Source: Lepidodermella squamata (lineage: Eukaryota; Animalia; Gastrotricha). From it: DNA of 64,000 nucleotides. The translations under genes were made by a program, and so were the position numbers. The notes beneath the pieces are model-generated. The model was not told the origin of the DNA. It did not search any database and saw nothing but the letters and a program-made list of their open reading frames with translations. This document shows positions 36,701 to 49,327 of the stretch, one piece after another (the stretch's first letter is position 1; each line of letters begins with the position of its first letter). The stretch covers positions 434,001 to 498,000 of the forward strand of contig JBLDXI010000042.1 in the NCBI GenBank assembly GCA_047495785.1, read 5' to 3'.

Positions 36701-39700
36701 TTTCATGAATCCCAAGAGACGATTCCAACCTCAGACGAAGCAATGAAGTTTGCCTCTGCAGTGCTAGAATCTAAAAGACCAGAGATGATTGGCCAAGATG
36801 AAGGTGCTGATACTTCACTGGAAGTTCCAATCCAAGCGTCGAGTATTACCCTTGCAGCCGCTGATGAAAGAATTCCAGAATCCATTCAGAAAGTTGACGA
36901 ATCACTAGAAGGTCCTGCTGGAGGCGAGGAAGACATTGTAGTGGTCGTGGAAGAAGTCAAGAGAGACCGTCTTTCAAAGGTTGAAACCACTACACTTGGG
37001 GTCATAGCTTCATCGGCAACGGATTCTGATGAAACAGCTGAGCAACCTGACGATCAAATTCAGACTGGATTACAGGCTTTGGAAGTGGACTTGAACCAAA
37101 CTTCTTCTGTAAATGAGGAAATCACTGCTGAAGCGATTTCCGAACAACCAGTATCGGGGGAGATCCTTGAGCAACATCTAAATGTTTCTTCGGAACAATC
37201 TCGAGAAATCGAGGGAGCTTTAGAAAGGCCCGAAAACCTTGATATCGATTCCTCGGAAATCAGAAAGGATGGCATACCTCAGACTGATTTGAATTCGACG
37301 GCCGCCATTGTTTCAGAAACGGATGATCAAATTGCGCTTAATGACATCAAGGCTGAAGAAGATATTGACATATCAGCTTCATCTGTTAAATTGGGTGACG
37401 ATAAATCTGAGCGACTGGAGCTAACTCAGCCTCGCCAGCTAGAAACCCTGATTAGCGAGAATGAAGCTACGGACGAGGAAAAGACAGTTAGCATGGGCAA
37501 ACCAATCACTTCTGGAGATTCCGAGAACTCAGTTCTGATTGATGAACAGGCCGTTGCTGAATCTATTGAAGAAATCATTCCATTACCGGTGACTGAACTT
37601 CGTAAAGCCGATAATACTCAATCAGCTCTGGATGATGAAGATTTGACCAGAGTCGAAAAATCCTCCTCAGAAAAAGCCGAAAGCATTGCGAGTGAAGAGT
37701 CATTTCACAGTGTTACAGGCGAGAAAGCTGAGGAGGGGCAGCTGAAGGAATTTGAAAAGATTCTCCAGCCTGCTTATCAAAATTTCGAATACGACAATGG
37801 CCAACCAACATCTGAAGCGATTGAATCTGATCCAATGCTTCAAGGTCCCCAAGATTCTGCGGATCAAGCTAAAATGGACGATCTTACAACATCTGCGCTA
37901 ATCGTGGCTCCCCCGATCGAGGACGGAAAATCAAAGGCAGAACTAGCTGATCAGTCAATAAGTGAAGCAGGAAATGAGAGCGCTACAGCCAAAGTAGCCG
38001 ATGAGATATTAGCAGAAAGTGACAGTCAATTTGATTCTGTGGTCCAACCGAGTAACTCTGAAACGCTGACTTTGGAGCAGAACCTGGACCCTGTTACCCC
38101 GACTGAGGTTGAAAGATCAGATGGAGGAAGTACAGCTGTTCCTGAAGCGATTCCTATCGAGACCTCTGAGGAAAGATCGGCCGGAGAGGAAGTTGTTGCT
38201 GAGCAGTTTATGAGGAAACTGGAGACGGCTAGCTCAATCACGAGCCCGATGAGTGATGTCTCTGTCACATCCTTGAACGACTCTAAATATGAAAAATCTC
38301 AAGCTGACCCTGAGGCTGGGGAGTCAAAGGGCCTGAATCCGGAGAATGTTGCCAATGTTCAGGACGAATCCGAAGCTGAAAAAGGTCCAGAACACGGTCT
38401 CAAAGCTGCCTTGGAGTCCGATACAGTTAAAGATGGAACTGAGGAAACTTCGCCGGAGCAAGATTCAGATAAAACACTAACCCCTGGGATTACCCCGAGT
38501 GCATCCGAAGATCATACAGAAGGTACCGGTGAAGTGCTGAATCCTGAGGCAATTGAAGACGAGATTGAAGCGAGGTCAAGCGATGTTATTCCAAACACGG
38601 AAGTCGCTGTCGAAACGGCAATGAAAAGCGAGGATTTCATAGATAACTTGGACCTAGTGATGAAGGATGAGGAGGTCATCCCAAAATCAACCATTGTCGA
38701 GTCTTTATCCGACCCTACGTCAATCACCGAACCTGATGAACAAAGCCAACTCGATCTTGATTCAACTAAGATGGAACCCGAGACCTTAGTTTCAACTACA
38801 AGCGGAAAAGTTTCCACATTAATACTCGAGAATGTGGAAGAATCAGTAAAGGAACCCTTGCAAGAAGATTCAGATCGCGATGACCTCGTCGATTCCCTGA
38901 CCCAAGAAACAGCCACAGAATTAGAAAGGGATATGGAGGATGACCCGGAGATCAGTGCAGCTGTGGTTGATACTCCTCAAGGGGAAACAGCGGCACAGGA
39001 TGAGCATTTACCTGAAAAGACGTTCGTTGGAGATGATATAGAGGATCATCGTTCGGCTACTTTTGATGAGCCCATATCGGCGGAAACCACGGAATCTTTC
39101 GTTGGAGTTCCAGCGAACGATGAAGGTCTGGGTTCAACACTTGAAGCTGGCGAAACGGATACAGATCTTCCAGAGCTGGATAACCAGCTTGGTAATGCCG
39201 AGGAGACTATTCAACCTGATATCAACGCTAGTCAAAGTGAAGAAGAGTTTATGGTGGATTCGGAAAGTCCCAAGCTAGCAGCCGAGGAACCAATGATAGA
39301 AGTCAGCAAAGGTCAAGTGAGCGAGACCGAATGGCTATCATCTCAAGCTAAAGCTTTGGAGGCTTCTGAATCTATTGACAAAGCTGATGACTCTGGGCTT
39401 ATTACATCAAATGAGGAAACCTCCGGACTATTCTCGGAAGAATCTGGCCTTTCGCAAGTTGAACCTCAATCTGAAGAAAAAGACTCAAGAAAAGCTGCCG
39501 CTGATGAAACCGATGATCAGCCGGAGGAACAATTCAAAGATCAAACTGAAACAGGCGTAGAGGCGTCGGAATTTGACCTAAACCCAAACCATGATTCTTC
39601 CTCGGAGCATTTCACAGTTGAGATAACTCCCGAGCTGCCAGTGTCGGAGGAAATCCATGTAGAGAGGCACGATCCTATCACAGAACGGACTGAGAAAATT

Positions 39701-42700
39701 GATGGAGCGCATGAAAGGCCTGACAACGTGGCTAGCGATCTTTCAGAAGTTGACTTGGTTGAAGCACCTCAGAAAAATTTGAATCCCACGGCTACGACCC
39801 TCCTAGAAGCCAATGAAGACGAGATTGTTGCTGAAGATTCCAACACTGTTAAAGATACGATCGAAGAGCAACCGGCTTCTTCTTCTGCTGTTGAGGAAAT
39901 CGGCATTTCAAGTCTGTCTTCTGAGAAATCTCAAACTGAAGCTTCAGAGTCTCCGATTTCTCATACTGGCAGAACCTCCGTCGAAGAGTCAGTTGGTATC
40001 CCGATCAAAACAGAAGTGATCTCTGTTGAGTTAACGGACGAGTCTGAGCTTCTTGATGTAGCCGAACTATCCCAGGAAATCCCTATCTCTGGAACGTCTA
40101 GTGAACAACGGAAAGATGATCAGAGCAATGACCATGAATCAGCTTCATCTGCGGAAAATCCCACTGACCTAACTGAAACAGGTAAAATATTTGTTTTATT
40201 ATAATAAACCAAAGTTATATATATTTTCTCTCAGATGTCACTGAGGCCATTTCTGCCGAAGAAATTATGGATCGAGCGGGAACGCAAGAGCTTATTGATG
40301 CGACGCTACCGGTTGTTGAAGCACATGTAAGGTTGGCAGAGGATACGCTTGAAGAGCAAACGGCCCAGTTGAGCTCAGATCATGAAAAAGACGCTGATAT
40401 AGCGGAACAGCTAGTAGGCGATATTCCCTCTGATCAATCCGGCCTTGCTATTGCCGAGGAGCTTGAAATGTCGCTTGAAGATGAACTGGGGACTGATTCA
40501 AAGGGTGACGTCACTCGTGGTGATGATACCAAAATGGAAGAAGATCTTGACCTATCTCTCGAAGAAAAAAGGGTCGAACCTAACGAAGGGCCAGTCGATA
40601 TAACCTCTTCTTTCGACAAGATGGAAGAAATTACCGGTCGAACTGAAGTTTCAGCTGAAATGGAACTAGCTGATAGTCATCAAGCTGCTGTAGATGCTGC
40701 AACTGAAGACACCACTTCTGCAACTCAGCTGAAAGAAGCGGATGTCTCAGATGAAACAATCATCCAAGAATTATCCGGTATACCTGAAGCTGATGCTGAT
40801 ATAGTTCATGAAGTAGACGAGGCCGCGCCGTCGTTGCTTGAAGTCTCATCAACAGCTGATGAGCCAACGGCCTTCACTTCTCTTAGCGAGGGTCCAAACC
40901 AAGGCAAATCTGCAGAAATAATTCAAACCGATGTGATTCCAACCACGCAGGATGATCCTTCTTCTGCAGTAGCAGAGATTCTCGGGGAAAATAAGTTTGA
41001 CGATGATGTTACCTCGAATCTCACAGATGCTAGCGAAAACGAACCGGTGGGAAATTCTCGATCAACCCATCAAGCTGAAGCTGAAGCGGAGGATGTCCAA
41101 ACCTCAAAAGGATCGGTTGATGATAGGCTCGAAGAGCAAACAGCAGAGTTGGACTTCGCTCACGAGGAAGAACGTGAGAAGGCCGAACAGCCGGTAGCTG
41201 AGCTTTCTTCTCATCAAGCTCCATCTCAAGAGAAGACTGATAACAACAAAGATCCTGTCGTTCCGACTTTGCCCGAGGATGATGCAATTGATGCTGGGCT
41301 GTCTGTTCCAGTCGATTTTGCTTCGGAGGGCGGTAGCAATCTTGATGCAGATACTAAAATTGAGGAAAATGTTGATTTATCTTTCGAAGAAATGATGGTT
41401 GAACGCCCTGGGCCAGTCGACGAAACCTCTTCTCACGGCAAGATGGATGAAGTTACTGGTCAAATTGAAGTTTCAGTTCAAGAAGAGCTAGCGGCTAGCA
41501 ATCAAACTGCCTTGGATGCTACAACTGAAGGAAACACTACTGGAACCTTGGTGAAAGAAGCTGCTGTCACAGATGAAGCAATAGTCCAAGAATTATCAGA
41601 TTCTTCTGTAGCTAAGGATGATACTGCTGCTGAAGTAGATGAGGCGGCGCGACCGTTGCTTGAAATCTCATCAACAGCTGAAAAACCTATTGAAGAACCA
41701 AGCTTAGGTGAATCTGCGGGAATAATTCCAACGGAAGTTCACGACATTCGAACTCCGCAAGAGGCTCCTGCCTCTACAACAGTGGAGATTCCAGCGGAAA
41801 ATTATTTCGCAGATGATGTTCCCCCAAATCCTACAGATGCCTGCGTAAACGAGCCGGTGGTAGAACCTCAATTAACCAGCCTGGTCGAAGCTCGAGAAGT
41901 GGAGGATGTCCTGCGCACTGAAGCTATCCGACCTCCAGAAATCAATCAAGAGATGAATATTTCTGAGCCCAAAGATTCTACCAAAGAGTCCTCAATTTCC
42001 GGATTTTCCGATCTCAGCGGAAATGCAATTCCTTCAGATTCTCAGGCAAAAATCAGCATTCAGTCGGAAAATGTTGAAGAAATCTCAATCACGGATGACC
42101 AACTGCCTGTAGATAACACGCAGCCGGTGATTGAAGAGCCAACCATCATTCAGTCTCAAGCAGTTCCTTTAGGGAATGACGATTGCACCCTGCCTCCTCG
42201 TTCAGTTGAAGTTGAAGACACAGTAGATATTCCAGAACAGCAATCGAGCCACGAGGATTCCCCCTTGGAGCTTGCAACAATCGATTCAGGAGAAATTGCA
42301 GAGCCCAAGAAGTCATCGGAAATTACTGGTCAAGAATCGTTCCCCGACAATTCCGGGAAAGAACTGGACAGTGATTCTGATTCTGATTCTGTTGAGAAGG
42401 TAGATCTTCAAGCTAAACAGGGAATATTGCCTCTCCTGCAAACATCATCTGATCTGGTTGTTGGCGGACCGACAAATGAATCCGACACACTCGATGCTGT
42501 GTTGTCTGAAATTACGACCAAAGAACAAGCAAAAGCGGGACCTGGAGAAGAATCAGAGACACTCGATGCCCCATCAAAATCTGAGGAGAATTTAAAAATC
42601 GAAGAAATGAAACCGGATGAGATCGGCCCGATGGGGGTAAAGGCTACGGATCTAGCCGCAGATGATAATGCCCCGAAATTTGATGCTGAAATCGGAGAGC

Positions 42701-43896
42701 TGAAGGTGGCGACTCAGGATCATCTCGACGAAACAGTCTCATCACCGAGTCGGGCAGAAATCAAAGCTGAAATCGCCGAGACTTATTCCGCCCCGATGGA
42801 AGAGAAGATGATGGAGGCTCCTCTTGAGAAAAGCGATGAAGTCGATGTCTCGAGCCTCGAACAACAAATACCTGCCGATTATTCAATCAATGAGCCTCAA
42901 ACAACTCCAAATGCTGCTCAAGACTCAGCCGAAATAATTCAAGAAGAACTGCCTATTGATGAGCCATTTGACTCTGCGGATATCCCGAATCCTGACGGAG
43001 CTCCACTAGAATTCTTCGACGATGAAGATGATCTACCTCAAGCTAGGGCAAGCTTCAGTGATGACTTCTTCGATCAACCCGATGAAAATCTTCAACCGAA
43101 CCCTGAACAATGGCAAGAGCCGGACAGTTCGACCACAACTGAGTTGGTATCAATGCAAGCGTTATCGCCATCAACAGACGGACCTCTTGATGGGGACGAG
43201 GATGGGGTCCCGGAGTCAGCTGGCGAGGATGATTATTCACGAGCTTCGGTAAGGGTCTTCGAAAGATCGGAGACGTCTTCCCCTGAAAAACTCGATGAAG
43301 CGGATCCGCAACCAGAAAAAGACGTTACAGCAGAGGCTGGTGAAGATATCGATCCTAAATCTCCTGGTCAAAGTGACGTTCCTAAGGGATTCGAGGATAA
43401 TTCGGGAACACCTGCCCTGGAAAAGGATGATTCGCCTAAAAATCTGAAAACCTATTCGATGGTTTTGAAACAGGCCAGTGGAATCCCGCGTCCAGCTTCC
43501 CCAATATCCCCGTCTATCCCGACCAGCCCGCCAATGCAATCAAGGCTGCCTAGTCACATTCCAATGCCAGCTTCAAGACCAATGTCTCCGGAATTAGGTC
43601 AAAAGGTTCCTCACATTCAAGCTGAACCTCAATTTCCTTCTGATTTTCGTGAGAAGGAGGTTGAGCGAACCTCGGAGAAGTTAGCCGAAAAAAGCCAGTC
43701 GAAGGTCCAGCTCGACGTACCTGGTCTGAAAGCTGATGATCCTGAAAAGAAGAGCCTCGCTAGCTCGAACGAGAGCGTTAATTCAGCCGATGCCTACTTC
43801 AGTGCTGCGGAGGAAGATGACTCGTCGAAGCCGTCAAGCAAGCCAAGTCAAATTCCAGTATTGAAACCTGATGCTAAGGACAGTGATAAAAAATGA
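33760..43896 (+). CDS. SH3BGR: SH3BGR (thioredoxin-fold) domain protein with a ~2,770-aa acidic low-complexity tail, ~2,884 aa; exons 33760-33804, 33861-34046, 35363-35458, 35516-40181, 40235-43896
   Basis: Spliced N-terminus MVIRIFSSRVPGNSS|IRHQQRHLFDILQTKKIAYDEIDITDPWNEEWKLFMLENCPPDPGRNRPIPPQIFSGDAYCG|NYEDFAIALENEQLWTFLRL matches the SH3BGR pattern (MVI..., PLPPQIF, GDY..F..A.E...FL.L). All introns are GT-AG and in phase with the two long E/S/D-rich ORFs. Confidence 0.85.
34248..34928. mobile_element. PIF/Harbinger-like MITE in intron 2, carrying two divergent tRNA-like units
   Basis: TIR AGGTCTCCGCACAAACTC; TAA TSD (34245-34247, 34929-34931); tRNA-like sequences at 34412-34487 (-) and ~34698-34777 (+). 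Confidence 0.85.
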
Positions 43897-44433
43897 TTAA
43901 CCTTGTATATATCTGCTTCAATTATTCATTAGTCTAGCTTTTGAACTGGGAAACGCATACATTGTGATTTCAGGTAGCGTTTAGTTATCCTGCTTTGTAG
44001 AGTAGATTTTCATCTCGTTTTATTTGCTCAGATAGGTTTATGGGAATAAAACGTAATTATGCAGTTTTGTTGTTGACAACAGTGTCTAAATCTACACAGG
44101 AATTATAGTTATCGCTATAGGAAGAAACCGTTCAAAGCAAGAAGAATAATGGATACTCGAACTCAACGTCAACGAGAGAAGCAGAAGACTTTTTAACTTG
44201 TCACCCGTCTACTTGAAACTGAAATTCCCTCTAGTTTTCATCTCCTTTTACCGCATGCTTCTCAGTTGACTTCCTTACGTGACAAACGTTCGCTCGCCGC
44301 TTTCTTGCGCCTTAGCTTCAAATCGATAAAGAAGAAAAAACAATTTAACGCATGGCAGCTGTTCAACATGTGGCAAATGTTCGCATAAAGTGTTTGATGC
44401 TAATTAATTTTTATTTTTTCTTAATTTCCATTA

Positions 44434-45069
44434 ATGAAATTTCCAACTATTCTGGGGGTCTTCCTGACGTTATTTTGCTCCAATGAAGGAAGTAATTTTG
44501 AATAAAATTTCAAGTTTGAACGTGACTTTATCCATAAAATGACTTTCAGGTTTACCTAATTTTTACAGTCGAGTTGGTTATTACTGTGATGCCTTTTGGA
44601 AATACATTCCCTCCGTCAAAACAGCCGAACAATGCGGCGAGTTTTGCACTAATTCAGGTTCGCAATGCATGGGCATCGAATATCACCCGGTAAAACAAGC
44701 TTGCGAACTTCACAAGGCGTGCTCATTAAAAAATTTCTACATTCACGGCTGGATAACATGGAAGAAGGATGAATGTAAGAAAAATGTGCATTCTAACGTG
44801 AATAATTCTTCTTTTTCTCTGGAACAGCTTTTCAAGCCTTGGAAAATTTTAGAAATATCGACAGCTCTTGTAGAAATATTTATATCGCATCTCAAGAAGA
44901 TAATCTGGGCAAGTGCGCCTCAAAATGTCTGAGCCAACGGCCTTGTCGCGGCTTCAATTACGATGCTGCGAAAAAGAACTGCCATTTCAGTAGAAATTGT
45001 TTAGCCGGATCTCGAACTACCTTACACGCGTTAACAAGCAATAGCTATATTAAACTTGTTAAGAAATAG
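44434..45069 (+). CDS. Secreted protein with two PAN/apple-like domains; exons 44434-44491, 44550-44774, 44828-45069
   Basis: Signal peptide MKFPTILGVFLTLFCS; domains 'EQCGEFCTNSGSQCMGIEY...CEL' and 'KCASKCLSQRPCRGFNY...CHF'; in-phase introns; AATAAA at ~45100. Confidence 0.82.
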
Positions 45070-46198
45070 TTTTCAAATATGTTTCATTCATTTTGATGCA
45101 ATAAACGGCAAATTTCAATTCAATTCTAATTCATAATTCATTGTAATAATCGTTTCAGCAGTGATGTTCTTCCATTTTTAATGAGAGCATTCTTTGGCAA
45201 ATTCTAACTCGTACCGTTTGGCCCTGGTCATTTCGCTGGAAACATATGAACGAAACATATGTTTTCTTATCGAGAAAAACGCGCTGAATCATTTTTTAAT
45301 TTTTTTGAAGTAATTCCAGCTATTTTTAAATTAGATGTCAGAAAAAGTAGAATTAGCTGTAGAAAAAATGCCTAGATGCGAAAAAAAGATTTAGATGTGG
45401 AAAAAAGATATTAGATGCAGAAAAAAATGAATTAGATGAGTATTAAAGTATGGTCCTAGAAATGGCTCAAAGGGCTTTCAGCAGTGTATGGAACAGTGTG
45501 TGAACGAAGTTGTTACCAAATTTGTTGAAGTTTGTTTCGATCTTATAATCAATCAAAAGGCTGGAAGATGAATATCCAGCGTCCAGCGAACTATGAATGT
45601 CTAGTGGAAACCGAGTTGGGTTCAACACTCGAATCTGGCAAAGCTGAGTTATATATCACAGAGCTTGATACCAAGGTTGGAAATGCGAAAGGCCGATGAA
45701 ATTACATCGGTCGGATCCGCTAGGCAAACTCACGGATGATAATTTGAAGATGGCGAAGATTGATAAACCTCAGGCTCATTTTGAACTTGATGGGCGAGAG
45801 TAAACTTGTGAATTTTCACGGGCGAAAATGCATCCAGTTTGACGAAGCCTAATTTCGGATCGCCTAGCTAGTTCCTGATTTTGCTTTCATGAAAAGTCAA
45901 GAAAACTTGGGAACTATGTACACAGGAATACGGGAAACATGAGTTGAAAATGTTAATGTACGAACACTTTGTTGTCCGGGTCTAAAACTCTTATCTGAAA
46001 CTGCTATCAGTGCTTGAAAGTGCTATTTTAGAAGTAAGGTATTTTTACGGTCGCATGATGGTGTTTCGCACGCCTTGGGTACTAATTTATTAATTAGCGA
46101 GAATTATCGAGAAGCATATGCAGGATAAAAGGTAAACTACTTCGAATGATATTTCATTCCATTTCCCTTTTCCCAGCATTTTTCCTAGATAATTGATT

Positions 46199-46540
46199 AT
46201 GACACGTTTAGCCCTTGTCACATTCGTTTTCACCGCACTTATTGCTGGTTCATGTAAGAAGTCCCATTTAGAAACGCCAGTACTTATTTATTCGTCATGA
46301 ATTTCAGTTGCTTTCCAGTGCTATGTCGGTACAAGTCAAGGTTCAAAGAAAGAGTTCTTCAAGGCTGACAATTGTGAGATGTGCACGAAGCGAATCGATC
46401 AATATCTCGATATCATGACTATCACGAAATCCTGCGTCAACAAAAAGCCGGAGGGCGTCGAGATGAAATGCACGACCACGACAACTGGTAGAAATACTAC
46501 AAAATATTGCAACTGCGACTCTGAGCTGTGCAACTGGTAA
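46199..46540 (+). CDS. Secreted three-finger (Ly6/uPAR-like) protein, 95 aa, no GPI tail; exons 46199-46253, 46308-46540
   Basis: MTRLALVTFVFTALIAGSFA-FQCYVG...CEMCTK...KSC...C...CNCDSELCNW*; 8 Cys, typical 'CY' start and 'C-x4-CN' end, phase-1 intron after the signal peptide. Not in the ORF track. Confidence 0.85.
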
Positions 46541-48191
46541 CACTGAACATGTTGAGACTGATGAGATTTAATTTGATTCACAAATGATTGATCTACTAAA
46601 ATGTTGCATTCAGCTCGACTTATTTCTTATAGCAGACCATTAGCCCGAATCTAGCCGAACCTTACTCGAGAGGTCCAGGCAAAAAAAACCGAAAAACACC
46701 ACAGATCAGATGAACTCGGGGCTGAAAATATACCTAATCGTACCCCACGATTCTTCCGGCAGTTTTCCGAGTTCACTCTAGCTTTGTAATGAAGAACGAG
46801 GTGGCGCGCAGCGTCGGTTCGATAAAGTATTAGCACCAAGGCTATTTCCACCAAGGCAATCAACTGTCGTTATCACCTATAGAGGAGAGATATATAGGAG
46901 CCCGCATTAGAGACGTCACCTCCCAAAACCTTCATCGTCAAAGGACGTGAGGCACAAGCTATTTGGCAAATTAAATTAAGCAGCTAAACCGCTTTTTCTG
47001 CCTTGATGGCACGGAACAGGGCAAGATTTTTCCTTGACAGCAAAAATAAGGACATTTTATTAAGAGGAGTTTCAAACAAATTCAAACATCCCATCACTGG
47101 TTTCTCAGAAATTTCGGCGATTTTCTACAGTGAAACTTCCGCTTTTGAATCAGAGGTAAACATGAGTTATCCCACGCCTAAATACGTAACATTGCAAAGC
47201 TTTAACAATGCCTCGAGTCGCAAAGTCTTTACCGTGTTAGCGTCAGTAAACCATGGAATCGAATACCCTATAGGCCCACTGCACGAAATCGATGGAGCCC
47301 TGGACCAGCTGAGGAAGTGAGCTGATTGGCTGATCGAATTGGCAATCCAGCCTATTGACGATCAAGTACATTGCGTTTGGAACTTCATCCCGGCGTTGCT
47401 ATCAAAGCGTGAAATGAACCTGATTTGGCTTGGGAAATCGGCTGATACGGATAAAATGTTGACCGCGTTTCAAGAAATGGCTCGCTATGATCCGAGAATC
47501 GAACTGATACACAGCGAATCCCTGTCTCTATGGGTTGTTGGCTCTCACGGTTCAGATTAGCCAAGGCATCGAGTTCTTATCCAAACTTCATGGATCTACT
47601 GACCCTCTTACAGCTGAAATTCCTGAATATGGCCGAAGCTGGTGCTCTGTCGAAATGTTGATCGAAGTTGTAAGAAGTTCGTTCTACTTCGGCGATGGAA
47701 TTATTAAGGATATTAAGGGAGATGAGTTACTAGATTCGGTTGGATTGAGCAGGTCGGAATTGTTCGAAAAACTATCGAAAAAAGTGGTGGATGCAGACCG
47801 CAATTTAGCCTTTAACATTTGGCCCGAAAATACCCCCTAGCTCGAGGATCCTACCTTTATCGTTGCTATAACAGAAGGCGCAGTAATAATTCAAGGGCAA
47901 GCATGCCAATCTGAGAACAATGCATCGGGTTATTACGAATGGGTCTGCGGCTTTCTATGCTTGGTGCCTTTTTCTACGTCTATCCTTGGTGCATTTTTGC
48001 GCTTACTCTTGTTTATCGCTTTCATCATCTCTCTAATGTTTTTCGCCATTCAATGCCATATTTGGAGAAAGAATCGCCGATTAAACAATCGAGTATTTAC
48101 CCAGGTGACGAAGGAATGAAAGGGTCTTATCGCAGTGGGAAACCAACTATTATCCTTTCATTTCTTCATCTTTAATTTTTATTTTCACTTC

Positions 48192-48442
48192 ATGGCAAAA
48201 CTGGCTGTGCTTCTTGTCGCTGCTCTGGTAAGACTTGGCTAATTTTTTGTTTCAGACGCATCTGAATGGCGTAACTTTCTCTGCAGGTAGCTATTTTTCT
48301 AGTGATGGGCGCCGCTAGCTTCAGTGCTAGCGATGCTGCAGCTTGGATTGGCAAGGAATGCGTCAGATATAGTGGCAGGTCGGGTGTGTTTCGATACAAC
48401 TACAGTATCAATAAGCTTGAGTGCGTCGCTAGAAGCGGATGA
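48192..48442 (+). CDS. MAKL-family single-module peptide precursor, 63 aa (exons 48192-48227, 48287-48442)
   Basis: MAKLAVLLVAAL|VAIFLVMGAASFSASDAAAWIGKE-CVRYSGRSGVFRYNYSINKLEC-VARSG*; same C-x4-G-x2-G-V module; C-terminal Gly; AATAAA at ~48546. Confidence 0.82.
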
Positions 48443-49327
48443 GTGTACGTCGGATTTAACGTTTCATTAGACGGATGCGATGAGAGCAATTCAGTTAAAA
48501 TCTGTAAAATCAGCATCACTATTGTCTCCATGCTGTAGATCACTCAATAAAAAAGAATTATTCGCTCGAATTTCAGCGCCATCCAAAATGTTGTTAGCAG
48601 GCCCTTTTGCCGTCGGTTGCTTTTACAGCCCTGCGACCAGCGAAGGGTACAAATACAGGTGTGCAGCGTTGATATCGCTGCCTCAGGCTAAAACAAAATC
48701 GGCTGGGGACCGGAAAACCTCTCAGCTAGAGGCTAGTACTGCACATCGCACACAGGCCCGGCACACAGGCCCGGCGCCGTCGGGTTCGTCTCATGAAGAA
48801 CCTGATTAACGCATAAGCTTGGAGAGCTGCAGCTTCCGATAAAAATCCGTCTGCCTAAATGCTCGTTTTAGCCAAATCATCAGCCAAACTTATCGGTGAA
48901 GAGATTCAACAATAATTCCGCGGCATTTGGGCGCTATTTTTCATCTGACTAATTTTCAGGAAATTTAGCCATCATTTTATCGGCAATTTTCGGCAACTGT
49001 TGGTTAAAAGAAAGCCAAAAACATTTGGCTGAAACAGATTCGCAGTTAGTTGGATAAGTGGCGTCTAATAATCTGAAAATCTACACTTTTTTCATTCTTT
49101 AGGTAAAACCGGCTTATTTTTCGCTTGCAGTCTTCATTTACCAAACTATTCTGGAATAAGATCAAATAATTTAATCGAATTCATATCATAAGGTGTAAAG
49201 TGTCAAGTCTTTGTCTCTTCCTCTTCATTCACGTAAAGAAACATATTCAACTTGAAACTGAGGTAAACAAGCCAAAATTCGAGTTCTTACGCCAGCAGTT
49301 TCTTCTTCAATAAAAGCTCGCACTGTA

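Noticed and set aside
47003-47840. Three consecutive plus-strand ORF fragments
   Set aside because: Look like a decayed gene (stop plus frameshift, ending at a MITE fragment) but no family could be recognised.
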